From an uncultured bacterium (GTDB lineage Bacteria; Planctomycetota; UBA1135; GCA-002686595), in NCBI GenBank assembly GCA_943787795.1, contig CALSNU010000005.1, positions 192,001 through 256,000 on the forward strand: a stretch of DNA of 64,000 nt, read 5' to 3'. Position 1 is the stretch's first letter; each line of letters opens with the position of its first letter. The translations under genes and the position numbers were made by a program. Below, piece by piece: positions 29,024 to 38,034 of this stretch. The notes beneath the pieces are model-generated. The model did not search any database. It worked only from the letters and a program-made list of their open reading frames with translations, and had not been told where the DNA came from.

Positions 29024-29824
29024 TCAGACGCTCTTCGGGTGAGAGAAGAACGGCGTGCGCTTGGTCCAAAGCCGGAGCGCCTGCCAGTAGATGGCCAGGA
29101 GGATCTTAGCGCTCATCCAGGGGTGCCGGAGCAGGCTCTTGCGTAGCTGTGGCGGTGTGAGGGGGCGCCGCTCCAGTTCGAACGCCACATCAAACACGCG
29201 CTCGTCATCGGGGCCGGTTCGGTTCTCCATGGCCACCCTCAGCGGGGATCCTGGCTGGGCGCCAGGGGCTGTGAAGCGCCATTGATAGCGGTGATCCATG
29301 TCGAAGAAGGGTGAGACGTGGAAGTCCTTCTCGAACCTCCACTCGAACCATTCGCCGTCACGCTCGGCCTCGGATGCGAGCAGGACGTACTGATGACGCT
29401 CGTTCCACGGGGTGTTGGTGATCTCCGCGACGATCGAGTGGAGGGTCTCGCCGTCGGCCTCGAAGAGGTAGTAGAAGGAGACCGGATTGAAGCAATACCC
29501 CAGGAGGGCGATCTGGGTGAGGAGCCGGATCGGGCCCTCGGGGGGGAGCTCGCCGGTCTCCCGGCGGACCCTCTCCCTGACGGCCTCGCGCAGCGGGCGG
29601 TCCGTTGGGCCGAGGAAATCACGTCGCCGGAAGGACCCCAGGTTGGGCCGCTCCACGCTCCAAAGCCAGGCTCCACGGAAGGCGTCATCGAGCTCCTCGA
29701 GGTCGAGCAGGAGCTCGAACACGCGGTAGGAGAACCGGTGGGGTCGAGGCTGGTGCCGTGCGTGGACCACGCGGCCCTCGTAGACGGCCGATGCACGCGC
29801 CGATGAGACCGGGGGGGCGCTCAT
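29024..29824 (-). CDS. DUF1365 family protein (UfaO-like)
   Basis: YEGRVVHAR..P..HRFSY, GYCFNPVSFY, EITNTPWNERH, KDFHVSPF, IYWQALRLW. Confidence 0.93.
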   Translation of the reverse strand: MSAPPVSSARASAVYEGRVVHARHQPRPHRFSYRVFELLLDLEELDDAFRGAWLWSVERPNLGSFRRRDFLGPTDRPLREAVRERVRRETGELPPEGPIRLLTQIALLGYCFNPVSFYYLFEADGETLHSIVAEITNTPWNERHQYVLLASEAERDGEWFEWRFEKDFHVSPFFDMDHRYQWRFTAPGAQPGSPLRVAMENRTGPDDERVFDVAFELERRPLTPPQLRKSLLRHPWMSAKILLAIYWQALRLWTKRTPFFSHPKSV

Positions 29825-31173
29825 CGGAAGGCGCCGGCGGTCTCCGGCGGACGGGCCGCCGAGGTCTCCTGGAGCCCGGGTCGGAGCTCCTCGGGTCTGG
29901 CCGGGAAGCCGGGCTCCACGCCGATCGCCTCGAGGACGCGTCGCGCGCTCTGGACGCCGTCCTCATGGAAGCCGTAGTGCCAGTAGGCGCCGCAATAGTG
30001 AACGCCGCGGACCCCGTCGATCTCCGCGTGCCGCCCCTGCGCCCTGACCGAGGCGGCGTCGTAGACGGGGTGGGAGAAGACGGTCTCCCGCACCACCTTG
30101 GACGGGTCGATACGGTCCTTGCAGTTGAGCGTCACGAACAGATCGTCGGGCCCTTCGATCGACTGGAGCTCGTTCATCCAGTAGGTGACCCGGACAAGCT
30201 CCCCCTCCGTTGGTGCGTTCGCCGGGACGTGCGCGTTCCAGGCGGCCCAGGCCGCCTTGCGCTTGGGCATGAGCGAGGCATCCGTGTGGAGGATGACCGA
30301 GTTCGGCTGGAAGCGAATCGCTCCCAGCACGTCCTTCTCGACGTTCGTCGGCTCCTCGAGCATGCCGAGGGCCTGGTCTGCGTGACAGGCGAGCACCACG
30401 CGGTCGAAGCGCTCTGGCGCCTTGCCGGCCACGGTCACCTCCACATCGCCGACGCCGCGTGCGCTGACACGCTCGACCGGGGAAGAGGTGCGGACTCGAT
30501 CCCCGAGGGGCTGGAGGAGCTTGTGCGCGTAGGCGCGGCTGCCGCCGCGCACCGTGAGCCAGGGCGGACGGTCGTCGACCTGCAGGAACCCGTGGTTGGC
30601 GAAGAATCGGACGAGCGTCCGCGCGGGGAATTCGAGGATCTCACCGGGCTTGCCGGACCAGACCGCGCACGCCATCGGGATCATGTGCCACTCGATAAAG
30701 GCCTTCGAGTAGCCGCCACGGCGCAGGAACTCGCCGAGGCTCGGACCAGGCTCACCCGCGGGCAGCTTGAGGAGCTCGGGGGCCTCCCTGTAGAAGCGCA
30801 AGATCCCGCGAATCATGCTCCAGAAGCGCGGCCTGAAGAGGTTGGTCCACTGGGCGAACAGGCTCGCCGTGCTGGTGCCGTTGTACTCGACGCCAGGCCC
30901 CTCCATCCGCGCGCTGAAGCTCATGTCGCTGGTGAGCCAGGGGACGTCGAGCTCGCGCAACAGCGAGCAGAACCCGGGGTAGGTTCGCTCGTTGAACACG
31001 ATGAACCCAGTGTCCACCACGTAGTCGCGACCGTTCACTCGCACCTCGCGCGTGGCCGTGTGCCCGCCGATCCGGTCCCGCGATTCCAGGACGCAGACGT
31101 CGTGCCCTGCGTCATGGAGACGCCGGGCCGTCACCATGCCGGCGACCCCGCTACCTACGACGGCGACCTTCAA
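29821..31173 (-). CDS. FAD-dependent oxidoreductase (COG2907, UfaD-like)
   Basis: VAVVGSGVAG, RIGGH, VDTGFIVFNERTYP, YWMNELQ, YCGAYWHYGFHEDG. TTG start. Confidence 0.92.
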   Translation of the reverse strand: MKVAVVGSGVAGMVTARRLHDAGHDVCVLESRDRIGGHTATREVRVNGRDYVVDTGFIVFNERTYPGFCSLLRELDVPWLTSDMSFSARMEGPGVEYNGTSTASLFAQWTNLFRPRFWSMIRGILRFYREAPELLKLPAGEPGPSLGEFLRRGGYSKAFIEWHMIPMACAVWSGKPGEILEFPARTLVRFFANHGFLQVDDRPPWLTVRGGSRAYAHKLLQPLGDRVRTSSPVERVSARGVGDVEVTVAGKAPERFDRVVLACHADQALGMLEEPTNVEKDVLGAIRFQPNSVILHTDASLMPKRKAAWAAWNAHVPANAPTEGELVRVTYWMNELQSIEGPDDLFVTLNCKDRIDPSKVVRETVFSHPVYDAASVRAQGRHAEIDGVRGVHYCGAYWHYGFHEDGVQSARRVLEAIGVEPGFPARPEELRPGLQETSAARPPETAGAFR

Positions 31174-31233
31174 GGCTGGTGGCAGGGCAGCATCCCGGGG
31201 GACGGAGGGCGGGGCGGGCGGCGCCGGAGCGCC

Positions 31234-32211
31234 TCAGCGCTCGATTCGCCGCGCCGCGAGCGCGCGCTCGGGCACCGGACGCAGGTCCCAGACGAGGCCC
31301 ACGGAGGAGAGCGCCTTCAGGATGTAGTACGACACGTCGAACTCCCACCAGTAGAAGCCCTGTCGCGCGGACGCGGGATAGTGGTGGTGGTTGTTGTGCC
31401 AGCCTTCGCCCAGGGTGATGAGCGCGATGAGGAAGCTGTTACGGCTGGTGTCCTTGGTCGCGAAGCGGCGAGTGCCAAAAACGTGCGCCAACGAGTTCAC
31501 GGTGAACGTTCCGTGGTAGAGCGCGATGGTCGAGACCACGAAGCCCCAGACGAGCATCTGCCAGCCGTTCGTCCCGAGGCCGGGGGCCCACTTCTCGAGC
31601 GCGACGCCCAGCAGGAACACGGAGACACCCAGCAAGGTGGGGGCGACAATGTCGAAGCGGTCGAGGAAGCGCAGCTCCGGGAACTTCGAGAAGTCCTTCA
31701 CCCGCTCGAGTCGCGTCGCGAAGTTACCGCGGTCGAGCACCCAGCCGACGTGGCTCCAGAAGAAGCCGCGCTGGGTCGGCGAGTGGATGTCCTCGGGCTC
31801 GTCGGAGAACTCGTGGTGGTGGCGGTGATGGGCGGCCCACCACAGCGGGCCCCGCTGCGCAGCGCTGGCCCCGATCGCCGCGAGACAAAACTGTCCGAAG
31901 CGTGAGGTGCGGAAGGCACGGTGGCTGAAGTACCGGTGGTAGCCCGCCGTGATCGCGAACATCCGCAGCACGTAGAGCCCGACCGCGACGCCGACGGCGA
32001 CCCAGGAGAAGCCCACCACGAACACAAACAGGCAGGCCGCGTGCATGGCGAGGAAGGGGACAACGCGTCCCCAGTCGATCTTCGACTTGGTGGCGACGTC
32101 CTCGAGGGCGGCCACGTCCTCGGGAGCAGCGACCGCGTCGTTCGCGGTGCCGTTCCAGGAATCGAACCACCGAATCACGGCGAGGGACGAGCGCTTGAGA
32201 GCAGCTTGCAT
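31234..32211 (-). CDS. Membrane fatty-acid (delta-9-type acyl-CoA) desaturase
   Basis: His boxes HRYFSH, HHRHHH and GEGWHNNHH. Confidence 0.93.
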   Translation of the reverse strand: MQAALKRSSLAVIRWFDSWNGTANDAVAAPEDVAALEDVATKSKIDWGRVVPFLAMHAACLFVFVVGFSWVAVGVAVGLYVLRMFAITAGYHRYFSHRAFRTSRFGQFCLAAIGASAAQRGPLWWAAHHRHHHEFSDEPEDIHSPTQRGFFWSHVGWVLDRGNFATRLERVKDFSKFPELRFLDRFDIVAPTLLGVSVFLLGVALEKWAPGLGTNGWQMLVWGFVVSTIALYHGTFTVNSLAHVFGTRRFATKDTSRNSFLIALITLGEGWHNNHHHYPASARQGFYWWEFDVSYYILKALSSVGLVWDLRPVPERALAARRIER

Positions 32212-33323
32212 CAGGAGTTCACTTCTTGGCCGACCGAACCGTCCGCGTTCGCGGGCGAGGTGCTGGCTGTATCAACTGTAGTGGGGGCGAGACGGTAGTG
32301 AGAGACGGCCCACTCCGACCCGTTGCGGAAGCCGAAGAGCTCCTCGCAAGCGAGGAAGAAGATGCGCCAGCGCTGGAGCCATGTCCCAGCCGCCGCACCA
32401 TAGGTGTCTCTTAGCACGGGCATGATGGCGTCTTTGCGGTTTTCGAGGTTCTCTCTCCAGAGTTTAGCTGTCCTCGAATAGTGGCGACCATTGACCACAT
32501 CGTGCTGCTCGACGGTGAAGGGCAGCGAGTCGCGCTGGGTGAGGGCCACGAGCAGATCATCGGCGGGCATCATGCCGCCGGAGAAGAAGTGCTCGCTCAT
32601 CCAGTCGGTGTCGTCCTTCACATCGAAGGGGTAGTTCAGCGTCTTGTGGGTGAAGACGTGGATGAACATGCGACCTGCGTCACCGAGCCACCCGCGGGCA
32701 CGACCGAGGAGCTCGGGCCAGTTCCGCATGTGCTCGAACATCTCCACGGAGACGATCCTGTCGTAGCGGAACCCCTCGGGGCGCCCCTGGAGCGCGTCGA
32801 ACTCGTTCATGTCGGCCGTGATGACCTCGACGTTCGTCAGCCCCCGCTCCTCGGCGCACTCGAGGATGAAGCGGCGCTGGGGCGCCGAGTTGGAGACCGC
32901 GGTGATGGTCGAGTTCGGGTAATGGGCGGCCATCCACAGCGTGAGTGAGCCCCATCCGCAGCCCATCTCAAGGACGGCCTGGCCGTCCGCGAGCTGGGCG
33001 CGCTCGCAGGTGAGCTCCAGCATGCGGGCCTCCGCCGTGCCCAGGTCCTCGTCGCCGCGCTCGAAGAAGCAGGAGCTGTACTTGAGGTGAGGCCCGAGGG
33101 ACTTCAGGAAGAACCCGGGGGGGACCTCGTAGTGCTGCTCGTTCGCCTTCTCGGGCACGTCAGCCACCGGTCCGCGCTCCATCTCCTCGATCCACGCGTC
33201 GGTGGAGCTCGTCGGACTCGCCGCCTCGTCGTCGAGACGTTGCACCAGGAGCCGCCGGACGCCCATCCGGAGGAGCGGCAGGGGGACGAGGCCCTTGTCG
33301 ACGAATTTCAGCGCGGTCTTCAT
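32211..33323 (-). CDS. Second Cfa-family SAM methyltransferase (coclaurine-N-methyltransferase-like subgroup)
   Basis: ANEQHYEVP, LKYSSC, LEMGCGWGSL, SVEMFEHMRN, FFSGGMMP. ATG 33323; TGATG overlap with the desaturase. Confidence 0.9.
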   Translation of the reverse strand: MKTALKFVDKGLVPLPLLRMGVRRLLVQRLDDEAASPTSSTDAWIEEMERGPVADVPEKANEQHYEVPPGFFLKSLGPHLKYSSCFFERGDEDLGTAEARMLELTCERAQLADGQAVLEMGCGWGSLTLWMAAHYPNSTITAVSNSAPQRRFILECAEERGLTNVEVITADMNEFDALQGRPEGFRYDRIVSVEMFEHMRNWPELLGRARGWLGDAGRMFIHVFTHKTLNYPFDVKDDTDWMSEHFFSGGMMPADDLLVALTQRDSLPFTVEQHDVVNGRHYSRTAKLWRENLENRKDAIMPVLRDTYGAAAGTWLQRWRIFFLACEELFGFRNGSEWAVSHYRLAPTTVDTASTSPANADGSVGQEVNS

Positions 33324-33450
33324 GGCAACGTGGGGGCGGTGATGGGCCTTGGTTCGGGGCTCTGATTCAGGGCCGCAGATTCGGGGCGCAGGCGAAGCGA
33401 CGGTCCGGCGCGGGTGCGGAGCGCGGCGGCCGACCTCTGCCTGCGTGATC

Positions 33451-33476
33451 TTCGCCCGGTGGCTCCCGGCGGATGA
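33451..33476 (-). promoter_or_regulatory. Putative ECF (SigK-type) promoter TCATCC-N15-GCGAA for the fatty-acid-modification operon
   Basis: Plus strand reads ttcgc-ccggtggctcccggc-ggatga, ~130 nt upstream of ATG 33323. Confidence 0.7.
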
Positions 33477-33627
33477 GCCGAGGTGCCCGCCCAGCGGGCG
33501 CAAAGGGTAAGGGACCGCGGCGGCCGCGGGGATTCTTGACCGCCTCCAGTGTCCCGGAGTTCGGCCCTCCCCCGGTGGGGTCTGGGTCATGATGCTGAGG
33601 AAGGCCACAGCCGGGGAGGGGCAGGGC

Positions 33628-33653
33628 TCATCCGGCCCCGGGCGCACGGCGAA
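33628..33653 (+). promoter_or_regulatory. Putative ECF (SigK-type) promoter TCATCC-N15-GCGAA for the divergent hydrolase
   Basis: tcatcc-ggccccgggcgcacg-gcgaa, with the same boxes and spacing as the opposite-strand copy. Confidence 0.7.
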
Positions 33654-33753
33654 CCCCCTCAGCGGTGGAGGGTCGAGGGGTCGCTCCACGGCCCCGCGCC
33701 TCGTCGCGAGCGTAAGTTGATTCCAGAGCGCAGGCTGCGCAGGTGAAGGGCCG

Positions 33754-34830
33754 GTGATGCGTACAAGATCGGTAACAGAAGGCGCCCCCAGGGGCGGTCA
33801 AGCGTTGAGGTGGCTCCTGGTCGTTGCGGCCTCGGGACTCATGGTCTCGGGGGCGGTGATCGGCGGCTGCGGCTCGATGGCGGTGGAGGAGGTCAAGCAG
33901 GAGACCCTGTCGCTGCCGAAGAACGCTCGGCTCCTCGAGCACCTCAGAGCTGGAGTCCTCACGGGCACCGGGGAGCCTTGGATGGCGGCCTACCTGCCCT
34001 CCCTGCCGCTCGACGCCCGTGCTGCAGGCTCTGAGGCTCCTCCGGTGAGCGAGGCCCCCGGCCCCATCGTGCTGGTCCACGGGACCCCGGATGGCATGGG
34101 TGCCTGGACCCGGGTCCTCTTCGGTGAGGACGGCCTGGCGGGCCAGGAGGACATCTACGCCCTCGAGGTGCTGGGGCACGGCATGCTCGGGGTCGAAGAG
34201 GGGACCGTGACCTTCCAGCGCTGTGCGGATCACGTGGCGGCCACGCTCGGGGCGCTTGGCCTGACCGGGGTGACCCTGGTGGGAAACTCCTACGGCGGTG
34301 AGTTTTGCTGGCGCGCCGCCCTCGATCACCCCGATCTGATCTCGAAGGTGGTGCTGATCGACTCCTCGGGCCTGCCCCGGACCCGGGAGCAGTTCCTGAG
34401 CGAGGAGGTCAAGATGCGCGAGTGGTCCATCGCCCGCCTGGGGTACCTCGCCAACACCGAGCCTCGGGTGGCCTCGGCGCTGGACCCGCACTTCGACGGC
34501 GCCGCTGACCCGGGGCGGGTCAACGAGGTCTTCCTTGCGCTTCAGAACCGCGGGAACTGGAACGCGATGATCGACCTCGTCCGGGACGAGAACGGGTCCC
34601 GGGCGCTGGAGCTGGCGGGCTTGGACGCGCCGACGCTGCTCATCTGGGGTGAGCTCGACCAGGCCTATCCCCCCGCGACGTTCGGGGCCACCTTCGCTGA
34701 GCGGATCCCCTCGGCGCGGCTCGTCGTCGTGGAGGGGGCGGGCCATTACCCGCACGAGCAGTCACCCGCGCGGGTGGCTCGCGAGATCCTGGCCTTCCAT
34801 CGGTCGGGCCTCGGCGGCGCCGGCCGTTGA
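33754..34830 (+). CDS. Exported (lipoprotein-like) alpha/beta hydrolase
   Basis: Hydrophobic N terminus with IGG-C, LVHG, GNSYGG, IWGELD, AGHYPH. Confidence 0.85.
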   Translation: MMRTRSVTEGAPRGGQALRWLLVVAASGLMVSGAVIGGCGSMAVEEVKQETLSLPKNARLLEHLRAGVLTGTGEPWMAAYLPSLPLDARAAGSEAPPVSEAPGPIVLVHGTPDGMGAWTRVLFGEDGLAGQEDIYALEVLGHGMLGVEEGTVTFQRCADHVAATLGALGLTGVTLVGNSYGGEFCWRAALDHPDLISKVVLIDSSGLPRTREQFLSEEVKMREWSIARLGYLANTEPRVASALDPHFDGAADPGRVNEVFLALQNRGNWNAMIDLVRDENGSRALELAGLDAPTLLIWGELDQAYPPATFGATFAERIPSARLVVVEGAGHYPHEQSPARVAREILAFHRSGLGGAGR

Positions 34831-34913
34831 GCCCCGCCGGCGGTTGAGCCCCGACTGCCGTTTAGCCCCGACTGCCGCTGAGCCTCGCCTGCCGCTGAGC
34901 CTCGCCTGCCGCC
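34819..34913. repeat. 17-bp drifting tandem repeat (5.5 copies) starting in the last codons of the hydrolase gene
   Basis: gccggccgttgagcccc gccggcggttgagcccc gactgccgtttagcccc gactgccgctgagcctc gcctgccgctgagcctc gcctgccgcc. Confidence 0.85.
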
Positions 34914-35116
34914 AGCGGGGCCCCTCAGCTCTGCCTTTCCCGCTCCCCGGGTCCACCGGCCACGCGTACGAGCTGCGGGCCTGGCCGCCGGAGCGGTGAC
35001 GGCGCTCGGGAGCCGTACAAGAGACGTCCGGAGGGGCCCTCCAGGGGAGCCTGATACGAGGCTCCTGCGAAGTGACCGTTGGAAGGGATCTCGCGAGGTG
35101 GTCTCGCTAGGTGGTC

Positions 35117-37132
35117 TCAGCGGCGGGCCCGGCGTCGACCGCGCCGCTTCTTCGCAGCCTTCAGCCCCGTGGGGTCCCCCTCTCCAGCCGGGATCCAGCC
35201 CTCGGGCGGGGCCTTGCCCTGGACCTCGAGCAGGAACCGAGAGGGGTGGCGAGCGATCTTCTGGCCGCCCCGCGCCCGCTCAGCGCACCACGAGAGCGTG
35301 AGCGCGCGCTGGGCCCGGGTGATCCCGACATAGGCGAGCCTTCGCTCCTCCTCGACGCCATCCTCGGCAGCCGCCCGCTGGTGGGGGAGGACGCCCTCCT
35401 CAAGGCCGACGAGGTAGACACGTGGATACTCGAGCCCCTTGGAGGAGTGGAGGGTCATGAGCGTCACCGCCTGTCGGCGGGCCGCGTCCTCCGCGGAGTC
35501 ACTGTCGGATGCGCTGAGGCTCAGCTCGTTGAGGAACCCCAGGAGCCCGGGGCGCTTTCGGCGGGAGGTGTAGTTCTCCGCGAAGTTGAAGACCTCCTCC
35601 ACGGCGGCCCAGCGCTTCTCGAAGTCGGCCTCCTCCGGATAGAGGCGCCGGACCTCGTCTCGATAGGCCACCTCCTCCACGACCCTTCGGGCGAGCTCCA
35701 CGAGGTCCTCCCCCTTGGGGTGGAGCCGGTGCACCTCCCGCAGCCGAGCCCGTAGCCCCTGGACGGCCTCGACGGCGCGCATGTTGATCTTCGGGATCTC
35801 CTGGGCGCGATCAAAGGCATCGGCCACCGAGATCCCCTCATGGGTCGCGAACTCGAGGACGCGATCCAGGGTCGTCTTGCCCACACCACGCGGCGGCGAG
35901 TTGACGATCCGGAGCAGAGAGGCCTCGTCACGAGGGTTCGCGACCACCCGCAGGTAGGCGAGCACATCGCGCACCTCCTTGCGGTCGAAGAAGCTCATGC
36001 CGCCCACGAGGACGTAGGGCACCTCCTTCATGCGCAGCTCCGCCTCGAATGGCCGCGGTTGGACCGCGGTGCGGAACAGGATGGCGAAGTCCGAGTAGGC
36101 GTGCCCCTGGCTCACGAGGTGCTTGATCTCCGCGACCACCTTCTCGGCCTCCACCGACTCGTCGCGCATGGTCACGGCCATGAGCGGTTCCCCGTCGCCG
36201 ATCGCGGAGCGCAGCGCCTTGTCGTGGCGGTTCGGGTTGTTCCTGATGACGCGGTTGGCGGCCCCGAGGATCTGAGCGGTCGAGCGGTAGTTGGTCTCCA
36301 GCTTGATCACCTTGGCGCCGGGGAAGCTCCGCTCGAACCCGAGGATCTTGGAGACGTCGGCTCCTCGCCAGCCGTAGATGCTCTGGTCGTCGTCCCCGAC
36401 GACGCACAGGTGCTTCTCTGGCCCGGTGAGCTGGCAGACGATCTCGAACTGCACCCCGTTGGTGTCTTGATACTCGTCGACCAGGAGGTAGCGGTGGCGG
36501 GCCTGGAGCTCGAGCCGGATCGCCTTCTTCTCCCTCAGGAGCCGCAGGGTCTCGGTGAGCAGGTCGTCGAAGTCCACCCGCCGGCTTCGTCGCAGGACGT
36601 CGCGGTACTTCTCCCAGACACGGCCCACGAGCTCGTGCTTGCTGTCGCCGGCGCGAGCGAGGAAGGACTCCGGGGTCTCGAGCCGGTTCTTGGCCAGGGA
36701 GATCATCGACTGGATCTCCGGCACCTTCATACGCGCCTCGGGGATGTGGAGCTCGCGCAGGCTCAGCTTCAGGATCGCGAGCTGGTCCGAGGAGTCCGCG
36801 ATGGTGAAGCCCTCGGGGTACCCGATCTCGGCGGCGTACTCCCGGAGGGTGCGCAGGCAGAACGAGTGGAAGGTGCTGGCGATGACGGCGCTCGCCTTCT
36901 TCTTGCCCACCAGCTTCCCGAGGCGCTCACGCATCTCGGCGGCCGCCTTGTTGGTGAAGGTCATGGCCAGGATCTTCTCCGGCAGGACCCCGTTGCTGAT
37001 GAGGTAGGCGATCCTCACCGTGATCACCCGGGTCTTGCCCGAGCCGGCCCCCGCGAGCACCAGAACGGGACCCGACGTCTGCGTCACAGCGGCGCGCTGC
37101 TCGGGGTTCAGACCTTCCAGAATCCGGCTCAT
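35117..37132 (-). CDS. UvrD/Rep/PcrA superfamily I DNA helicase
   Basis: LAGAGSGKT, VDEYQDTN, VGDDDQSIYGWRGA, LETNYRS, TLHSSKGLEY, EERRLAYVGITRA. Confidence 0.96.
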   Translation of the reverse strand: MSRILEGLNPEQRAAVTQTSGPVLVLAGAGSGKTRVITVRIAYLISNGVLPEKILAMTFTNKAAAEMRERLGKLVGKKKASAVIASTFHSFCLRTLREYAAEIGYPEGFTIADSSDQLAILKLSLRELHIPEARMKVPEIQSMISLAKNRLETPESFLARAGDSKHELVGRVWEKYRDVLRRSRRVDFDDLLTETLRLLREKKAIRLELQARHRYLLVDEYQDTNGVQFEIVCQLTGPEKHLCVVGDDDQSIYGWRGADVSKILGFERSFPGAKVIKLETNYRSTAQILGAANRVIRNNPNRHDKALRSAIGDGEPLMAVTMRDESVEAEKVVAEIKHLVSQGHAYSDFAILFRTAVQPRPFEAELRMKEVPYVLVGGMSFFDRKEVRDVLAYLRVVANPRDEASLLRIVNSPPRGVGKTTLDRVLEFATHEGISVADAFDRAQEIPKINMRAVEAVQGLRARLREVHRLHPKGEDLVELARRVVEEVAYRDEVRRLYPEEADFEKRWAAVEEVFNFAENYTSRRKRPGLLGFLNELSLSASDSDSAEDAARRQAVTLMTLHSSKGLEYPRVYLVGLEEGVLPHQRAAAEDGVEEERRLAYVGITRAQRALTLSWCAERARGGQKIARHPSRFLLEVQGKAPPEGWIPAGEGDPTGLKAAKKRRGRRRARR

Positions 37133-37254
37133 GATGATGTCGCGCGCCGTCGGGCCGCGTCGGGTGCAAGACCCTAGCGATCAAGGGGAGCTGATCCCAC
37201 CGATTTGGAGGCTCCCCCTCGCGCTTCCATTCAGCCGGCGTACGCTTCCGTCCG

Positions 37255-38034
37255 ATGGAACCTGTCGACGGAGAGCTCGTGAAATCAACCGGCAGCAAGA
37301 CCAAGGCGATCGTGATCGGCGCCAGCTCTGGAATGGGGGCGTCCCTCGTTCGCCAGCTGGTGCGCGAGGGCCACGAGGTGGGTGGGGTCGCGCGCCGGGG
37401 CGAGGCCCTTGCCAGCCTCGCGCAGGAGCTGGACGGTGAGGCGGGGCGCCTCGTGCACCGCGCCCATGATGTGACGGATGCGGCAGACGCGCCCGGAGTC
37501 TTCGACGAGCTGGTCGCAGAGCTCGGGGGGCTCGACCTCTTCATCTACGCCGCGGGGGTCATGCCGGACGTCGGCCCCGAGGAGTACGACACCGAGAAGG
37601 ACCTCGCCATGGTCGACGTCAACCTGGGCGGCTGCGTCACCTGGACCAACCTGGCGGCGCGCCTCTTCCACACCCAGCGGAGCGGGACGATCGTCGGGAT
37701 CGGGTCGATCGCGGGGGACCGGGGCCGCAAGGGGGCTCCCGTCTACGGAGCGACCAAGGCCGCGCTGGCGACCTACTTCGAGTCCCTCAGGAATCGCCTG
37801 GCCGAGCGCCGGGTCAAGGTCGTCACGGTCAAGCCGGGCATGATCGTGACCCCCATGACCGCTCACCTCGACGAGCTCATGATGCCCGTGAGCGCTGAGC
37901 GCGCGGCGGCGGACATCCTCAAGGCAGCGCGCGGGCGGGCCTTTGATGTGCGTCACGTCCCGCTGCGATGGCTCCCGGTGAGCCTGATCATCCGGACGAT
38001 CCCCTCGTTTCTCTTCCGGCGGATGAGCATCTGA
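37255..38034 (+). CDS. SDR oxidoreductase (DprE2-like)
   Basis: IGASSGMG, SIAGDRGR, YGATKA, TVKPG; coupled to a DprE1-like gene. Confidence 0.85.
   Translation: MEPVDGELVKSTGSKTKAIVIGASSGMGASLVRQLVREGHEVGGVARRGEALASLAQELDGEAGRLVHRAHDVTDAADAPGVFDELVAELGGLDLFIYAAGVMPDVGPEEYDTEKDLAMVDVNLGGCVTWTNLAARLFHTQRSGTIVGIGSIAGDRGRKGAPVYGATKAALATYFESLRNRLAERRVKVVTVKPGMIVTPMTAHLDELMMPVSAERAAADILKAARGRAFDVRHVPLRWLPVSLIIRTIPSFLFRRMSI

Noticed and set aside
33324..33753. Cobalamin riboswitch upstream of the operon containing the B12-binding gene
   Set aside because: I could not find the conserved GGGAA / GCCCCCGCAACTGT / B12-box elements; the ECF promoter motifs explain the region better.
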